A stretch of DNA of 64,000 nucleotides from Acaryochloridaceae cyanobacterium VAR_48_metabat_390 (GCA_031422435.1 JANPLU010000112.1:52481-116480); one strand, 5' to 3'. Shown: positions 20,679 through 32,408, counted from the first letter of the stretch. Translations and numbers: made by a program. The notes: a model not told the origin generated them from the letters alone.

Positions 20679-21446
20679 ATGCGATCGCTGCTCGTTACCG
20701 ATCTCGACAATACGTTAGTGGGAGATCTAGCGGCATTAAATCTACTCAATAACCGATTTATTGAGGCTAGACAACGGCAGGGGATTTTATTAGTCTACTC
20801 AACGGGGCGATCGCTCACATCCTATCGTCACCTTTGCTCCACTGTTCCCCTTTTGCCGCCGGATATGCTGATCACGGCTGTAGGGACAGAAATTTATGAA
20901 GGGAATGGTGCCCACCTCAATTCCCAATGGTCTAGTCACTTAATACAAAGCTGGGATCGAACCCTTGTCCAAGAGATTGCGGGTCAATTTATGTCCCTTG
21001 AACCCCAGCCCGACCAAGAACAGCGACCATTTAAGGTGAGCTACTTTTTAGATGCGGTGATCGCCGCTACAGTCATCGCTGAACTCTCTGCCGCACTGCG
21101 ATCGCAGGGTTTAGACTGTCAGCTCATCTACAGCGGCGGTAAGGATCTAGACATCTTGCCCCAGAATGCAGATAAAGGTAAAGCGACGCAGTTTGTGCAG
21201 ACTCTGTTTGAAATTGGCGACGCGCATACCGTTGCTTGCGGAGACTCCGGTAATGACATTGCGCTCTTTGGACAAAACCGAGGCATTATTGTAGGCAATG
21301 CCCAGCCTGAACTGCTAAGTTGGCACCATCAAAACCCCGCGCCTCATCGCTACTTAGCTACAGCGCATTTTGCCGCTGGCATTTTGGAGGGGTTAGTGCA
21401 TTTTGAGATGTTGGCTAGATTGGGATCAAAATCAGATAGTGCATAG
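20679..21446 (+). CDS. spp: Sucrose-phosphate phosphatase (HAD IIB)
   Basis: TDLDNTLVG, YSTGRS, DILP..ADKG, CGDSGND and VGNAQPEL motifs. Confidence 0.85.
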   Translation: MRSLLVTDLDNTLVGDLAALNLLNNRFIEARQRQGILLVYSTGRSLTSYRHLCSTVPLLPPDMLITAVGTEIYEGNGAHLNSQWSSHLIQSWDRTLVQEIAGQFMSLEPQPDQEQRPFKVSYFLDAVIAATVIAELSAALRSQGLDCQLIYSGGKDLDILPQNADKGKATQFVQTLFEIGDAHTVACGDSGNDIALFGQNRGIIVGNAQPELLSWHHQNPAPHRYLATAHFAAGILEGLVHFEMLARLGSKSDSA

Positions 21447-21508
21447 AAACCCCAGCCCTCGACTGGCAGGTTTTACAGAACGGCGCAAGCTTCAGCAGAT
21501 TCACCACA

Positions 21509-22920
21509 GCACTAATTGACCCCATTGGTACTATTTTGGCAGTCGTAGTTTTAAACATTGTGGTGCGGGGCAACGCCGATCTCGTCATGGTCATCAGCGG
21601 ATTGGCCTCCCGCCTGGGGCTAGGCGGCTTAATTGGTATCAGCGGCGGCTGGCTGCTCAGTTTTGTCCTTAAGCAAGCCCGATCTTTGTCCGAAGATCTT
21701 AAAAACCTCACCGTCTTGGCAACCCTCTGGGGATTTTTTGGATTATCCCAGGCGCTTATCAGTGAATCTGGCTTAATGACTGCTGTCGCAATGGGCCTCA
21801 TGGTGCGCTCAGCCGCACTCCCCGAAGAACGGCTGCTGCGGCGGTTTAAGAATCAGCTCAGCGTGCTTGCCGTCTCAGTGCTGTTTATTTTGCTGTCTGC
21901 GGACTTATCCATTGCTGGGGTTTTTGCCTTAGGGTGGCCTGGGCTATTGGCGGTCTTGGCTTAAGACTTATTGTGCGACTCCTCAATGTACTGGCCTCGA
22001 CTTGGAATAGCGACTTAAATTGGCGACAGAAGACGTTTTTGGCCTGGGTTGCCCCGCGCGGCATTGTGGCGGCATCGGTTGCGTCACTGTTTTCGATCGC
22101 CCTCACTAAGGCAGGTATTAATGGGGGTGACTCTATTAAAGCCCTGGTGTTTTTGACCATTAATTTTGACCGTGTTTTTACAGGGCTTAACGGCACGATG
22201 GGTTGCAGGTTGGCTTAAGGTACAGGCCACCGAAGCAACAGGAGCCATGATTGTGGGCTGCAATCCCTTAGGGCGAATGGTGGCGCACCTGATTCAAGAT
22301 CGCGGTGAGTCTGTGATCATGATTGATGCAAACCCTGACTACTGCGCCCAAGCGCAAGCCGCGAACCTTTCGGCACTTCTCACCAGCGCATTGGATATGA
22401 CGGCGCTCAGTGAAGCAGGGGTTGCACAAGTTGGCTCATTTCTGACGGTCACAAGCAACCCAGAAGTTAATGCTGTGTTAGCGCAGCGTATCTTAGAAGA
22501 ATTTCGTCCCCCACGGGTTTTGGCAGCATTACTTGAGCGCCTATTGATTCACCCCTTACAGTACCCACTGAAAAGATTGCCTTTACAGCGGTGATGCAGG
22601 CGTTTTCACTGCAAGTCTCTGTAAAAGATTGGAATCAGTATATTACGGTGAAGGAGGTCAAAGTAGGCGAAGCGCTACTAGATGAAGACCCTGATCAATT
22701 TCAGCGGCAGTGTGTGCATTTGGTTGCACTCTCTAAAATCGACAAGCTCATCCCCGTCCTTGTGATTCGCCAAGATCATTTACGCTTTGTCAAGGCGGAT
22801 GAAGCATGGCAGCCAAACGATCGGATTGTTTATCTTCTCCACATGCCAAAAGCGCTCGTCTTCTCTCGTGAGCCGTTCTCTTTGATGCCGGAGATAGTTC
22901 CTTTTGGTAAAAATGCCTGA
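21509..22920 (+). pseudogene. CPA1 cation/H+ antiporter with TrkA-N domain, 5'-truncated and frameshifted
   Basis: LIDPIG, SESGL and WVAPRGIVAA motifs are spread over four consecutive ORF fragments. Confidence 0.85.
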
Positions 22921-22979
22921 CTCCCAAACTGTGTTGGGGTTAAAGCAATTACCTTCTAGAGCTATCGTGTAAAAAGTCT

Positions 22980-23007
22980 AAAAAAATCCCCTCCTCAGAG
23001 GGGATTT
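22980..23007 (-). terminator. Intrinsic terminator
   Basis: AAATCCCCTC/GAGGGGATTT stem with a minus-strand U tract, downstream of 23078..23965. Confidence 0.7.
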
Positions 23008-23077
23008 ATGAATCAGCTTATGGCAAAAACCTTTACAGAAAGGAAACTTTAAGATTTACGTCTATACGCAACCTCGC

Positions 23078-23965
23078 TTAAAGCTCTGCAACAGCACGTT
23101 CAATTAACCGTCTTGCAAGGGTTTGGGTGCCAGTATGGGTGTAGTAGTTTGTGGTCATATCTAGAAATGCGCCCAAATAATCGAGCTTATCTTTAGAAAC
23201 TTCCACAAACTTTGTCAGATTATCAACCACACTTTCGGGCGTTAATCCACGAGAATCTACAAAGTTGGTCATCCACCCTTTCACGGAATCAACGCTGCTG
23301 GTGATAAACGAAAGCTGTCCGGCAGAATCTCCCCCCGGAATCAGCTTCCGCACTCCCTTAAACGTGCTGTTGTCCTCTAATTCTTTAGGCGACATCGTTT
23401 GGAGCGAAGAGAGTCCCTTCAGGGCAAAGTCTGGCCCCAGCGGAATTAACCCATCAAAGCAAACCAGCGCCGCCATCCGCATCAGAGATTCGCCGCCGTA
23501 GTCACCCAGCGCTGCCAAGAAGTCACCAATGCTGTCGCCAGGGATGCCGTTGATTTGGCAGAAGGCCACCAGTTCAACCACCAGTTTGACCGAAAAGTCG
23601 ATGCTTTGAGCTTTTTCGGGCTTGGGCGTAAGATTTTTCAAGAATCCCAGAAAGGAGATATCTTGACCTACTTTATTTGCCATTGCCGCCGCGCCTAGGG
23701 CACCGGAGGCGCTGTCGACCGTTTGGTAAAGCCATAAAGCATTTTGGTAGCCCTGAGATTTGTCGTTAAAGAGTGCGACAGCCCGTTCGCCAATGGCCTG
23801 AACCATGGCAGGGTCAGACTCACCCGTGACGGCAGTAATGGTGTTGTTGAAGCCGATGAGGTTGTTCCACTCACCAGGAACCACAAAGTCAAGCGATCGC
23901 AGCGCCATGACCGTCACTCCACGATTGGGGAGTTCATCAACTAGTTCGTAAATGGGCTTACTCAT
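23078..23965 (-). CDS. Conserved cyanobacterial hypothetical protein
   Basis: 295-aa ORF; ELVAFCQINGIPGDSIGDF motif. Confidence 0.8.
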   Translation of the reverse strand: MSKPIYELVDELPNRGVTVMALRSLDFVVPGEWNNLIGFNNTITAVTGESDPAMVQAIGERAVALFNDKSQGYQNALWLYQTVDSASGALGAAAMANKVGQDISFLGFLKNLTPKPEKAQSIDFSVKLVVELVAFCQINGIPGDSIGDFLAALGDYGGESLMRMAALVCFDGLIPLGPDFALKGLSSLQTMSPKELEDNSTFKGVRKLIPGGDSAGQLSFITSSVDSVKGWMTNFVDSRGLTPESVVDNLTKFVEVSKDKLDYLGAFLDMTTNYYTHTGTQTLARRLIERAVAEL

Positions 23966-23991
23966 AAGAACTCCAGAAGTTTTTTACGGAA

Positions 23992-24510
23992 TTAACGCAG
24001 CTTTGAAAGCCCGTTGAGGTCGAATTTTTTAAGCCATGCTTGACGTTCAGCTCTGGTAAAAGATGGATCACGCGACAGTACCTTAACCTGATAGCGATCG
24101 CCCACCAAAACCCCCGTTTGAGTGGTGCCAATCTCTAACGCCGGAAACCCTGAAATATCGGTCGTGCTGCTGGCATATTTTTGGGCGGCGCTGGGTAAGC
24201 TCTTGGTATCAGAGATAGAAAGCATGGCGACATTTTTGCCATCTTTATTGAGCTTGGCCTCGGCAAACCCCTTTTTCTCTTGAGCATAGACCCGCTCATA
24301 CCCATTCGCTGGTTTGGGAAAATACTGATTAAACTGACTCCCTTGAGTTGCCGTTTTAGCAATGGCCTTGGGTGCCCCCCGCTGGGTGGTCTCTTGCTGA
24401 ACTTGGGCGTAGGGAGAAGGAGGCTGACTCGCGCAGCCTGTACTGAAAAACACTAGACCACAGAGGCAGATAGATAGTGCAATGCTGCCCCAGCGTTTCA
24501 TGACGGGCAT
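23992..24510 (-). CDS. Putative lipoprotein
   Basis: Signal peptide with lipobox-like STGC; QEKKGFAEAKL motif. Confidence 0.75.
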   Translation of the reverse strand: MPVMKRWGSIALSICLCGLVFFSTGCASQPPSPYAQVQQETTQRGAPKAIAKTATQGSQFNQYFPKPANGYERVYAQEKKGFAEAKLNKDGKNVAMLSISDTKSLPSAAQKYASSTTDISGFPALEIGTTQTGVLVGDRYQVKVLSRDPSFTRAERQAWLKKFDLNGLSKLR

Positions 24511-24906
24511 AATAATCTCCTCAATTGGTGACTCAGAAAAAACGTCGCTATTTTGTAATGTACGATGTGCTTGGCAAGTTTTTGGGGTGAGATGCAGTTT
24601 ATTTTATGTTTATTCATCTAGCGTTTAACCTAAAGAAATAGAGCAATTCTGCATCTAAACCTGCTTTTTAGATCAATTTAGCCTTGTCTGTCGCTAAATG
24701 ATAGTAGACGAGTAAAACCTGCAATTTTTTAGTATGGCACTCGTGATAGAAAATCGGTTCTGCCTTTTGGATGAGTTTAGTGGTTCGCTGCGTGGAGTAT
24801 CGAACCGCGTTGGTGAGACAGTAGATACTGGGGCATTGTGATCGCAATCCCATAAATGCATCACCCTTATGGGCATCCTACTTAAACATCAAGTCTTTGC
24901 TGCACC

Positions 24907-25743
24907 ATGAGGGGTGTCTTAATGCCAAACGCTAAAGGTCAGATTCGCTTTCTAGCCCCCCGTTCGCTTCATCCGCTCCGTCCTGAGAAACCCCTGTTTG
25001 TCTTTTTGCCAGGGATGGACGGTACAGGCCAGCTTTTTTATACCCAAACCGCAAAACTAGAGACGGGGTTTGACATTCGATGTCTGGCGATTCCGCCCGA
25101 TGATTTAATGTGCTGGGATGAATTAACTGAGAAGGTGGTGACCTTGGTTGAAGGAGAACGCGCCCAGCGCTCAGCTGACCAGCCAATTTACCTTTGCGGC
25201 GAATCTTTTGGGGGCTGTCTGGCTTTAAAAATGGCGGTTTACGCCCCCCATCTATTTAGCCACGTTGTGCTGATAAATCCCGCCTTTTCCTTTTATCATC
25301 AGCCTTTAATGCGATGGGGAGGCCAGTTAATTCGTTGGTTTCCAGACTTTCTTTATGCGTCTTCGGCGGTGGGGTTATTGCCCTCCCTGGCAGCGTTGGA
25401 GCGAATTTTGCCAGATGACCGCAGAGCGTTGCTTAAGGCAATGAAAACCGTGCCGAAGGAAACTTCGCTGTGGCGGATGGCGCTACTACGGTCTTTTGAG
25501 CTGGACGCTTTACCCCTCAATAAAATTCAGCAGCCCGTTTTGATTATTGCAAGTGGGAGCGATCGCCTGTTACCCTCGGTTTCAGATGCCCAACAGCTAA
25601 GCAGCCTGTTGCCCAATGCCAAGCGTCATATCTTGCCCAAAAGTGGTCATGCGTGCCTGCTAGAAAAAGATGTTGATCTCTATCAGATCTTTAAAGGCCA
25701 AAATTTTCTAGTGCAGCCGCACATCCAGGGCTGTATTGCTTAA
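24907..25743 (+). CDS. Alpha/beta hydrolase
   Basis: LPGMDGTG, GESFGG and SGHACLLE motifs. Confidence 0.88.
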   Translation: MRGVLMPNAKGQIRFLAPRSLHPLRPEKPLFVFLPGMDGTGQLFYTQTAKLETGFDIRCLAIPPDDLMCWDELTEKVVTLVEGERAQRSADQPIYLCGESFGGCLALKMAVYAPHLFSHVVLINPAFSFYHQPLMRWGGQLIRWFPDFLYASSAVGLLPSLAALERILPDDRRALLKAMKTVPKETSLWRMALLRSFELDALPLNKIQQPVLIIASGSDRLLPSVSDAQQLSSLLPNAKRHILPKSGHACLLEKDVDLYQIFKGQNFLVQPHIQGCIA

Positions 25744-25754
25744 GCTGCCCTGGG

Positions 25755-26204
25755 CTACCACTTTTTGTAAGCTAAAAACTTTCCATTCATGATTACTTTG
25801 ACGCGATCGCCTTTGGGGTCGGCTTCTTTTTCAATATCTAGCGTAAAGTCAATGGCACTCATAATCCCGTCCCCAAACTTTTCCTGAATAATGTCCTTCA
25901 TGGGCATCCCATAAATTTGCATAATTTCATAGAAGCGGTAGATGAGTGGGTCAGTAGGCACAACGGGACCTAGCCCCTTAACCGGAGGCGCGGTTAATTC
26001 GGGTACTAGCGCCTCGCTGAGTCCCAAGGTAGACAGCAGTTGACTGGCCTCTTCTGCGGAAGCACTTGCCTGTCGATAAAATACAGCAGCAATCCAAACT
26101 TCGTCTTGACTCATTACCTGCTCTAAATCTGCAAAGGTTAACCCCTTTGCTTTTTTTGCCTCCAGAAGTTTTACGGTAATGGCTGGAAGTTCAAGATTTG
26201 ACAT
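25755..26204 (-). CDS. cynS: Cyanate hydratase (cyanase)
   Basis: [24 protein letters not shown] and GKFLAY motifs. Confidence 0.97.
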   Translation of the reverse strand: MSNLELPAITVKLLEAKKAKGLTFADLEQVMSQDEVWIAAVFYRQASASAEEASQLLSTLGLSEALVPELTAPPVKGLGPVVPTDPLIYRFYEIMQIYGMPMKDIIQEKFGDGIMSAIDFTLDIEKEADPKGDRVKVIMNGKFLAYKKW

Positions 26205-26545
26205 TGTATTCTCCTTGAAAGGTCAAGTTAGCTCAAAACATCTTTGGGTTAAAGGATGCAGTCTACCCAGCATAAAATATTTTTGTAACGACTCATTAAC
26301 ATCCTGCACAATGGGCAAATTCAGCCGTATGCCTAGCGCTTGGGCGAACCATTCGAGTTCATGCTCGCTGAGCGTTCCCCCTCCAAAAGAGTGTTTTGAT
26401 GAAGGGTGCGCAGTTCTACCCCGTAACTTGTCAGAGAAGGCTAAAGCTAAAAAGTAATATTTGGCGATACTGCTACAGTGCGCGCCTATGATTGTGATTG
26501 AGGATGAAACGTCAAGATCAGCCATCAATTAAACAATAAATATAC

Positions 26546-26965
26546 ATGGTTGCAGTGACAGGGTTCTGGATTGCGTTGGGCCTAGCACTGTGTGTGCTAG
26601 AGCTAATTTTCCCTACCGCTTTTGTTGAAATGGTGATGGGGCTAAGTGCCCTTGCGACAGGATTTGTCTCGCTGCTGATTCCTAATCTGTTGAGCTGGCA
26701 GATTGCCCTTTGGATGGGGCTGTCTTTGGTGAGTATTTTTGTGGTGCGCCGCTTTATGCCTCATAAGGTGCCCAGAATTCTGCAAGATTCTCAGGAGGCT
26801 ACCACCTTAACGGCGATCGCCCCTGGAGAGAAAGGAAGAGTGCTGTATGAAGGTAGCCCTTGGGCGGCAACCTGTGCAGACCCGACCGTAGAAATTGCGC
26901 CGAACATCAAGGTCATGGTGGTAGGTCGTGAAGGGACAACGCTGGTGGTAATGCCGGAGTGGTGA
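26546..26965 (+). CDS. NfeD-like membrane protein
   Basis: N-terminal TM helices; [14 protein letters not shown]-fold; precedes an SPFH gene. Confidence 0.88.
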   Translation: MVAVTGFWIALGLALCVLELIFPTAFVEMVMGLSALATGFVSLLIPNLLSWQIALWMGLSLVSIFVVRRFMPHKVPRILQDSQEATTLTAIAPGEKGRVLYEGSPWAATCADPTVEIAPNIKVMVVGREGTTLVVMPEW

Positions 26966-26991
26966 AGTGTTTACATCGAGGAGAAACGGGT

Positions 26992-27945
26992 ATGGGACAG
27001 TTTTTGCTGCTGCTGATTTTGGGGCTAAGCGGTGCAGGGTTAGCCTCTTCTGTGCGGATTGTGAATCAAGGAAATTCTGCGCTGGTGGAGCGGGTGGGCA
27101 GCTTTAAGAAGCGTTTGGATCCGGGCTTAAATGTGATTGTGCCAGGGTTAGACCGCATCGTCTTTCAAGACACGCTGCGGCTGAAGGTGCTGGATATTGC
27201 GCCCCAGTCCTGCATTACAGCAGATAACGTCAGCATTACGGTAGATGCGGTGGTCTACTGGCAAATCATTGATATGGAACGGGCGTACTACAAGGTTCAA
27301 AACCTAGAGTTTGCGATGGTGAACTTAGTGCAAACCCAAATTCGCGGCGAAATTGGTAAGCTTCAGCTTGATCAAACCTTTACCGCTCGCAGCCAGATTA
27401 GCGACATTTTGCTAGAAGAATTGGACACTGCTACTGACCCGTGGGGCGTAAAGGTGACGCGGGTAGAAATTCGAGACATTACGCCCTCTAAAGCCGTCCA
27501 AGACTCAATGGAGCTGCAAATGTCTGCCGAGCGGCGCAAGCGAGCCTCTATTTTGACCTCAGAGGGTGATCGCGAGGCGGCAGTAAACTCAGCGCGGGGC
27601 AATGCAGATGCTCAGGTCTTAGCCGCAGAAGCCAAAAAGCAGGCGGTGATTTTAGATGCGGAGGCGCAGCAGCAGTCTGTATTGCTACGGGCAGAAGCCG
27701 ATCGACAGTCGCGGTTATTGCGTGCCCAGGCGATCGCCGAGTCGATGCAGCTTTTAAGCAGCACTCTGGAAGCGGATCCGCAAGCCTATGCTGCCCTCCA
27801 GTTTTTACTAGCGCAGAATTACTTAGACATGGGGACGGCAATCGGGCAGAGCGAGAGCAGCAAGGTGCTGTTTTTAGATCCACGCTCGGTGTTAGGCACC
27901 ATCGAGGGGATGAAGGAAGTATTGGATCAAACGCGACCGTCTTGA
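26992..27945 (+). CDS. SPFH/band 7 (stomatin-like) protein
   Basis: [28 protein letters not shown] and [10 protein letters not shown] motifs. Confidence 0.92.
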   Translation: MGQFLLLLILGLSGAGLASSVRIVNQGNSALVERVGSFKKRLDPGLNVIVPGLDRIVFQDTLRLKVLDIAPQSCITADNVSITVDAVVYWQIIDMERAYYKVQNLEFAMVNLVQTQIRGEIGKLQLDQTFTARSQISDILLEELDTATDPWGVKVTRVEIRDITPSKAVQDSMELQMSAERRKRASILTSEGDREAAVNSARGNADAQVLAAEAKKQAVILDAEAQQQSVLLRAEADRQSRLLRAQAIAESMQLLSSTLEADPQAYAALQFLLAQNYLDMGTAIGQSESSKVLFLDPRSVLGTIEGMKEVLDQTRPS

Positions 27946-28270
27946 GGGGTGGCGATCGTCTTTGGGCATGATTCATCTGCAAACAGCGCTGAACCCATAA
28001 GGGTTATCTAAGCGGGGCGCTGGGTAAGTGCTTTAGATTATTAACCTTCCGCTGAAAGATCAGCAATCAATCCTAAACTAGATCTGGCGCAAATCGTTTT
28101 AGTAACGAGTCAGCCTTGTGAGAGCAAGGCTTGTTTTACGCCCGTGGGCACTGAGCAATGCATTGCTTATGCCGTGGGCGTTGACAAAGAGGCTGACTCA
28201 CAACCTGACTGTGCAAGTGCTGAAAGTCGTGGATTCGCCGAGCTGTGTTTGAGAAGGAGATTTTAAGTTC

Positions 28271-29320
28271 ATGGTTACTATGACCCAAGATGCGCCGTTA
28301 CTGCTGCGCGCGGCTCGTGGCGAATCTGTAGACCGCCCACCCGTCTGGATGATGCGCCAAGCAGGGCGCTATATGAAAGCCTACCGAGATCTGCGGGAAA
28401 AATATCCGTCTTTTCGAGAGCGCTCTGAAATTCCTGAAGTTGCGATCGAGGTTTCTCTTCAGCCTTGGCGCGCTTTTGCCCCCGATGGCGTCATCCTGTT
28501 TTCAGATATTGTGACCCCCATGCCTGGGATGGGCATTGATATGGATATTGCCGAAGGGAAAGGCCCTATTATCCATGAGCCGCTTCGCACTCAGGCACAG
28601 ATTGATGCTTTGACTCCACTTAGCCCTGAAGAATCTTTGCCTTTTATCAAAACCATTTTGAAGGCGCTCCGAGCAGAGGTGGGCAATCAGGCTACGGTGC
28701 TAGGCTTTGTGGGCGCACCTTGGACATTGGCAGCCTATGCCGTCGAGGGGAAGGGTTCCAAGACCTATTCTGTCATCAAAGGCATGGCGTTTTCTGACCC
28801 AACGCTACTGCATCAGATTTTGTCTAAGTTTGCCGATGCGATCGCCACCTATGTTGGCTACCAAATTGACTGTGGTGCCCAGGTGGTGCAAATGTTTGAC
28901 TCTTGGGCAGGGCAGCTTTGCCCCCAAGATTACGAAACCTTTGCCCTGCCTTATCAAAAGCAGGTGATCCAAAAGGTCAAGCAAACCCATCCCGATACGC
29001 CGTTTATTTTGCTCGTCAGCGGCAGCGCTGGCGTGATGAAGCAAATGGCGGTGTCTGGTGCTGACATGATTAGCGTGGACTGGACGGTAGACATGGCAGA
29101 AGCCCGCGCTATTTTAGGTCCCGATATGGGGGTGCAGGGCAATATGGATCCTGGGGTGCTGTTTGGGTCGAAAGATTTTATCCGTGATCGCATTTATGAC
29201 ACCATCCGCAAAGCTGGCAACCATAAGCACATCATGAACCTAGGCCACGGCATTTTGCCCACCACCCCCGAAGAAAATGCGGCATTCTTCTTTGAGACGG
29301 TGAAGCAATACCGCTACTAA
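28271..29320 (+). CDS. hemE: Uroporphyrinogen decarboxylase
   Basis: [24 protein letters not shown] and NLGHG motifs. Confidence 0.97.
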   Translation: MVTMTQDAPLLLRAARGESVDRPPVWMMRQAGRYMKAYRDLREKYPSFRERSEIPEVAIEVSLQPWRAFAPDGVILFSDIVTPMPGMGIDMDIAEGKGPIIHEPLRTQAQIDALTPLSPEESLPFIKTILKALRAEVGNQATVLGFVGAPWTLAAYAVEGKGSKTYSVIKGMAFSDPTLLHQILSKFADAIATYVGYQIDCGAQVVQMFDSWAGQLCPQDYETFALPYQKQVIQKVKQTHPDTPFILLVSGSAGVMKQMAVSGADMISVDWTVDMAEARAILGPDMGVQGNMDPGVLFGSKDFIRDRIYDTIRKAGNHKHIMNLGHGILPTTPEENAAFFFETVKQYRY

Positions 29321-29413
29321 GTAGGCAAGTGACGCTTCTAAACTAGATGGATGTCTGCCAGGTCGGGAGACATCCATTTTTTAATTGATCCATTGCAGCA
29401 ATTAGGAACAGAC

Positions 29414-30352
29414 GTGGCAGGACGGCGGATTTTAATTACGGGCGCAAGCGGCTGCATTGGGCATTATCTCTGTGAAACCTTTATTGGACACACCGATGAT
29501 GAGCTGTTCTTGGTGCTTCGAGAACCCCATAAGCTGAGCGTTCCGGTAAATACTCGTCCTGGTATTCATATTGTGCAGGCTGATCTACGAAACTTAGAAC
29601 CCCTGCGCGAGTTACTTTCTACCATTCATTGTGCGGTGCTGGTCGCTACAGGCTGGGGCGACCCAGACCTAGATATCACCAAAACGCTAGAGCTGATCCA
29701 GATGCTCAACCCGCAGGTCTGCCAACAGGTGGTCTATTTCTCGACTGCCAGTATCTTAGGCAGAGATGAGCAGGTATTGCCAGAGGCCAAAAGTCTCGGT
29801 ACTGAATACGTCAAGGCTAAGGCCATCTGTTACGAAAAGCTCATGGCAATGGAGTTAGCTTTTCCGGTATTTACGGTGTTTCCGACGCTGGTGGTAGGGG
29901 GTGATCGCCACAAGCCCTATTCTCATTTTGCATCGGGTTTACCGGAGGTGCTGAAATGGGCGGCGCTGATTCGGTTTCTCAAGATAGACGGTAGTTTTCA
30001 CTTTATCCATGCCCAGGATATTGCAGCCGTCGTGCTGCAAATTGTGCAGCATCCAGAGTTAGCGCCCTCTCGCAACCTGGTGCTGGGTAATGCGGCAATG
30101 ACCGCCAATAATTTAATTGAAACCCTTTGCACCTTTGCCAAAAAGCGCATTTACTTTCAGCTTGACCTAAAGCCTTGGCTTGTGAGTGTGCTAATTCGGT
30201 TGTTTAACATTCGCATGGGAGCCTGGGACTACTTCTGCCTGAGCTATCGCCATTTTCAATATGCTCACCCAATCAGTCCAAAAACATTCAACCAAACAGG
30301 CTACTGCCCAACGTTCAAAGACGTACTGAGTCAAAATATCCGAGAACCTTAG
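29414..30352 (+). CDS. NAD-dependent epimerase/dehydratase family protein
   Basis: ITGASGCIG and YFSTASI motifs. GTG start at 29414 is inferred. Confidence 0.85.
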   Translation: MAGRRILITGASGCIGHYLCETFIGHTDDELFLVLREPHKLSVPVNTRPGIHIVQADLRNLEPLRELLSTIHCAVLVATGWGDPDLDITKTLELIQMLNPQVCQQVVYFSTASILGRDEQVLPEAKSLGTEYVKAKAICYEKLMAMELAFPVFTVFPTLVVGGDRHKPYSHFASGLPEVLKWAALIRFLKIDGSFHFIHAQDIAAVVLQIVQHPELAPSRNLVLGNAAMTANNLIETLCTFAKKRIYFQLDLKPWLVSVLIRLFNIRMGAWDYFCLSYRHFQYAHPISPKTFNQTGYCPTFKDVLSQNIREP

Positions 30353-30362
30353 AATCGTGAAT

Positions 30363-31403
30363 TTAGAGCGCTGTATTATTGTCCATCTCCTTTGACCCAA
30401 CCACTTCCCGCACCCGGTAAATAGTGCGCCCTTGAGACTCATGGTAAGTGCGCATCATTAGTTCTGCGAGGAGGCCAAAGCAAAATAGCTCCAGACCTGC
30501 CAGTACCAGCAGTACCGCCAACGTCAGCAGCGGACGATTGCCAATAGATTCCCCTAAAAAGAGCTTGACATAGGTTAGGTGTAGCCCCAGCCCTAGACCA
30601 ATAGCAGTGGAAACTAGGCCAAACCAGCCAAAGGCGTGCATGGGTCGCGTCAAAAACCGCTTCATAAAGTAGATGGTCATCAGATCCATCAGTACCCGAA
30701 AGGTACGGCTGAGTCCGTACTTACTCGTGCCAAACTGACGGGCGTGGTGGCTGACGGGCAGTTCCGCAATTTTGGCTCCTTCAATAAAAGCGAGAGCAGG
30801 TAAAAAGCGATGCAGTTCGCCATACAAATTCATATCTGCCAGTAGTTCTGCCCGATAGGCTTTGAGCGAACAGCCATAATCATGGAGCTGCACACCCGTC
30901 ACTTTACTGATAAGCCCATTGGCAAGTTTGGAAGGTAATAGGCGTGTTAGTGCCGCATCTTGGCGATTCTTACGCCAGCCGCTCACCAGGTCATAGCCCT
31001 CATCTAGCTTGGCGAGCAGCTTCGGGATATCGGTGGGGTCATTCTGCAAATCACCATCGAGGGTTACAATCACAGGGGCTTTAGCATGATGGAAACCTGC
31101 CGACATTGCGGCGGTTTGACCATAGTTGCGTCGCAGCAGCACCGCCCTTAAATCCATCCGCTCTTGCGCCAGTTGCTTGAGTAGTGCCGTGGTGCCATCG
31201 CTAGAACCATCATCCACCGCAATAATTTCGTAGGCTAATCCCTCGGTCTGGAGAACTTGGGCGATCGCCTCCACCAAGCGCGGCACGCTCTCCACCTCGT
31301 TATAAACCGGAATCACTACCGACACCTGAAGCGGCAGCGGTGTGGTAGAAACAGGAAACGAGGGCAGATAGGGTTCTGTTTTCATGGAGGGCGATCGCAA
31401 CAA
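30363..31403 (-). CDS. Glycosyltransferase family 2 (DPM1/ArnC-like)
   Basis: VVIPVYNE, VDDGSSD, DGDLQNDP and HDYGCSLKAY motifs; two C-terminal TMs. Confidence 0.92.
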   Translation of the reverse strand: MLRSPSMKTEPYLPSFPVSTTPLPLQVSVVIPVYNEVESVPRLVEAIAQVLQTEGLAYEIIAVDDGSSDGTTALLKQLAQERMDLRAVLLRRNYGQTAAMSAGFHHAKAPVIVTLDGDLQNDPTDIPKLLAKLDEGYDLVSGWRKNRQDAALTRLLPSKLANGLISKVTGVQLHDYGCSLKAYRAELLADMNLYGELHRFLPALAFIEGAKIAELPVSHHARQFGTSKYGLSRTFRVLMDLMTIYFMKRFLTRPMHAFGWFGLVSTAIGLGLGLHLTYVKLFLGESIGNRPLLTLAVLLVLAGLELFCFGLLAELMMRTYHESQGRTIYRVREVVGSKEMDNNTAL

Positions 31404-31578
31404 TATCGGTCACTATTCTATGCAAAATTGTGAGCTTATCTCTGAGCAATGAATCTGTATAAGTCATTTCGTTGGGGGTACAGCGGTTTCAAGGCTAAAA
31501 TCATTAACTATAAGTATGAGTGGACAAATTGCTAATTCAATACATCTAGTCAAACATTGACGTGCAGCACGCTGCAAG

Positions 31579-32238
31579 TTGATTTATTTGGAGACCCTTG
31601 TGGTTCGGCTCAATTATTTCCATAGCACCGTAGTGGTAATGTTGATGCTGCCACTGGCGGCTCCAGTCCTAGCCCACAACATTAAAGTCTCTCAAGATGT
31701 GGCGGCAACCTTCCATATCGAGCCGCATCACAATCCCAAGGCAGGAGAGCCTTCTCAGGCTTGGTTTGCGCTCACTCATCGGGGAGGCGCCATTATTCCA
31801 TTGGCTCAGTGTGATTGCAAACTTGCCATTCATCTCGAACCCCATGAAGAAGGGGAAGTGCCCTCTCTAGAGCGATCGCTTAAGGCGATCGCAGTCGAGA
31901 CGTATCAAGGCATTCCCAGTGCTGAAATTATATTCCCGAAACCTGGTGCGTATGAGCTGGAATTGAGCGGCAAACCGAAGGCAGGAGCCAACTTTCAACC
32001 CTTTAAATTGAACTATACCGTGATCGTTACAGCTGGGGCAGCGTCTACAACCAGTTCCCCCACAGAAAAAATAGCGGGTCAGTATCGCCACAGTGAAGCC
32101 AGTGCCACTTCGCAAAAGGCGATTTCTTCCACCCGTCAACTTTCACCGTGGCTAGCACCTTTAGCCATTGGAGGAGCTATTGTAGGCATCGGTGCGGTCG
32201 GTTTTATGCTTCAGCGATTCAAGACAAAACGCCCTTAA
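31579..32238 (+). CDS. Exported membrane-anchored hypothetical protein, possibly metal-binding
   Basis: Signal peptide ending VLA-H, HIEPHHNP, CDC and a C-terminal TM anchor. Confidence 0.7.
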   Translation: MIYLETLVVRLNYFHSTVVVMLMLPLAAPVLAHNIKVSQDVAATFHIEPHHNPKAGEPSQAWFALTHRGGAIIPLAQCDCKLAIHLEPHEEGEVPSLERSLKAIAVETYQGIPSAEIIFPKPGAYELELSGKPKAGANFQPFKLNYTVIVTAGAASTTSSPTEKIAGQYRHSEASATSQKAISSTRQLSPWLAPLAIGGAIVGIGAVGFMLQRFKTKRP

Positions 32239-32408
32239 GCTTCATTTCACGGACGGTTTAGGACTTAATCATATTCTTTTGATTGAGGCAAGATTAGCAA
32301 GAGTAGAGAATCCCTTAAACTGACAGTAGCAATACTGTGTTGCCCTAGCGCTGTTTATTGCTCTAACGCTGTGGCAATGCTTAACTGTCTTTGTTCTGGA
32401 TACCCATC

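Noticed and set aside
26179..26528. ORFs and a possible NtcA site upstream of cynS
   Set aside because: No recognisable motif; the candidate palindrome does not fit GTA-N8-TAC spacing.
31490..31520. Possible Zur/Fur box upstream of the His-rich exported protein
   Set aside because: Only a partial match to the palindromic consensus.
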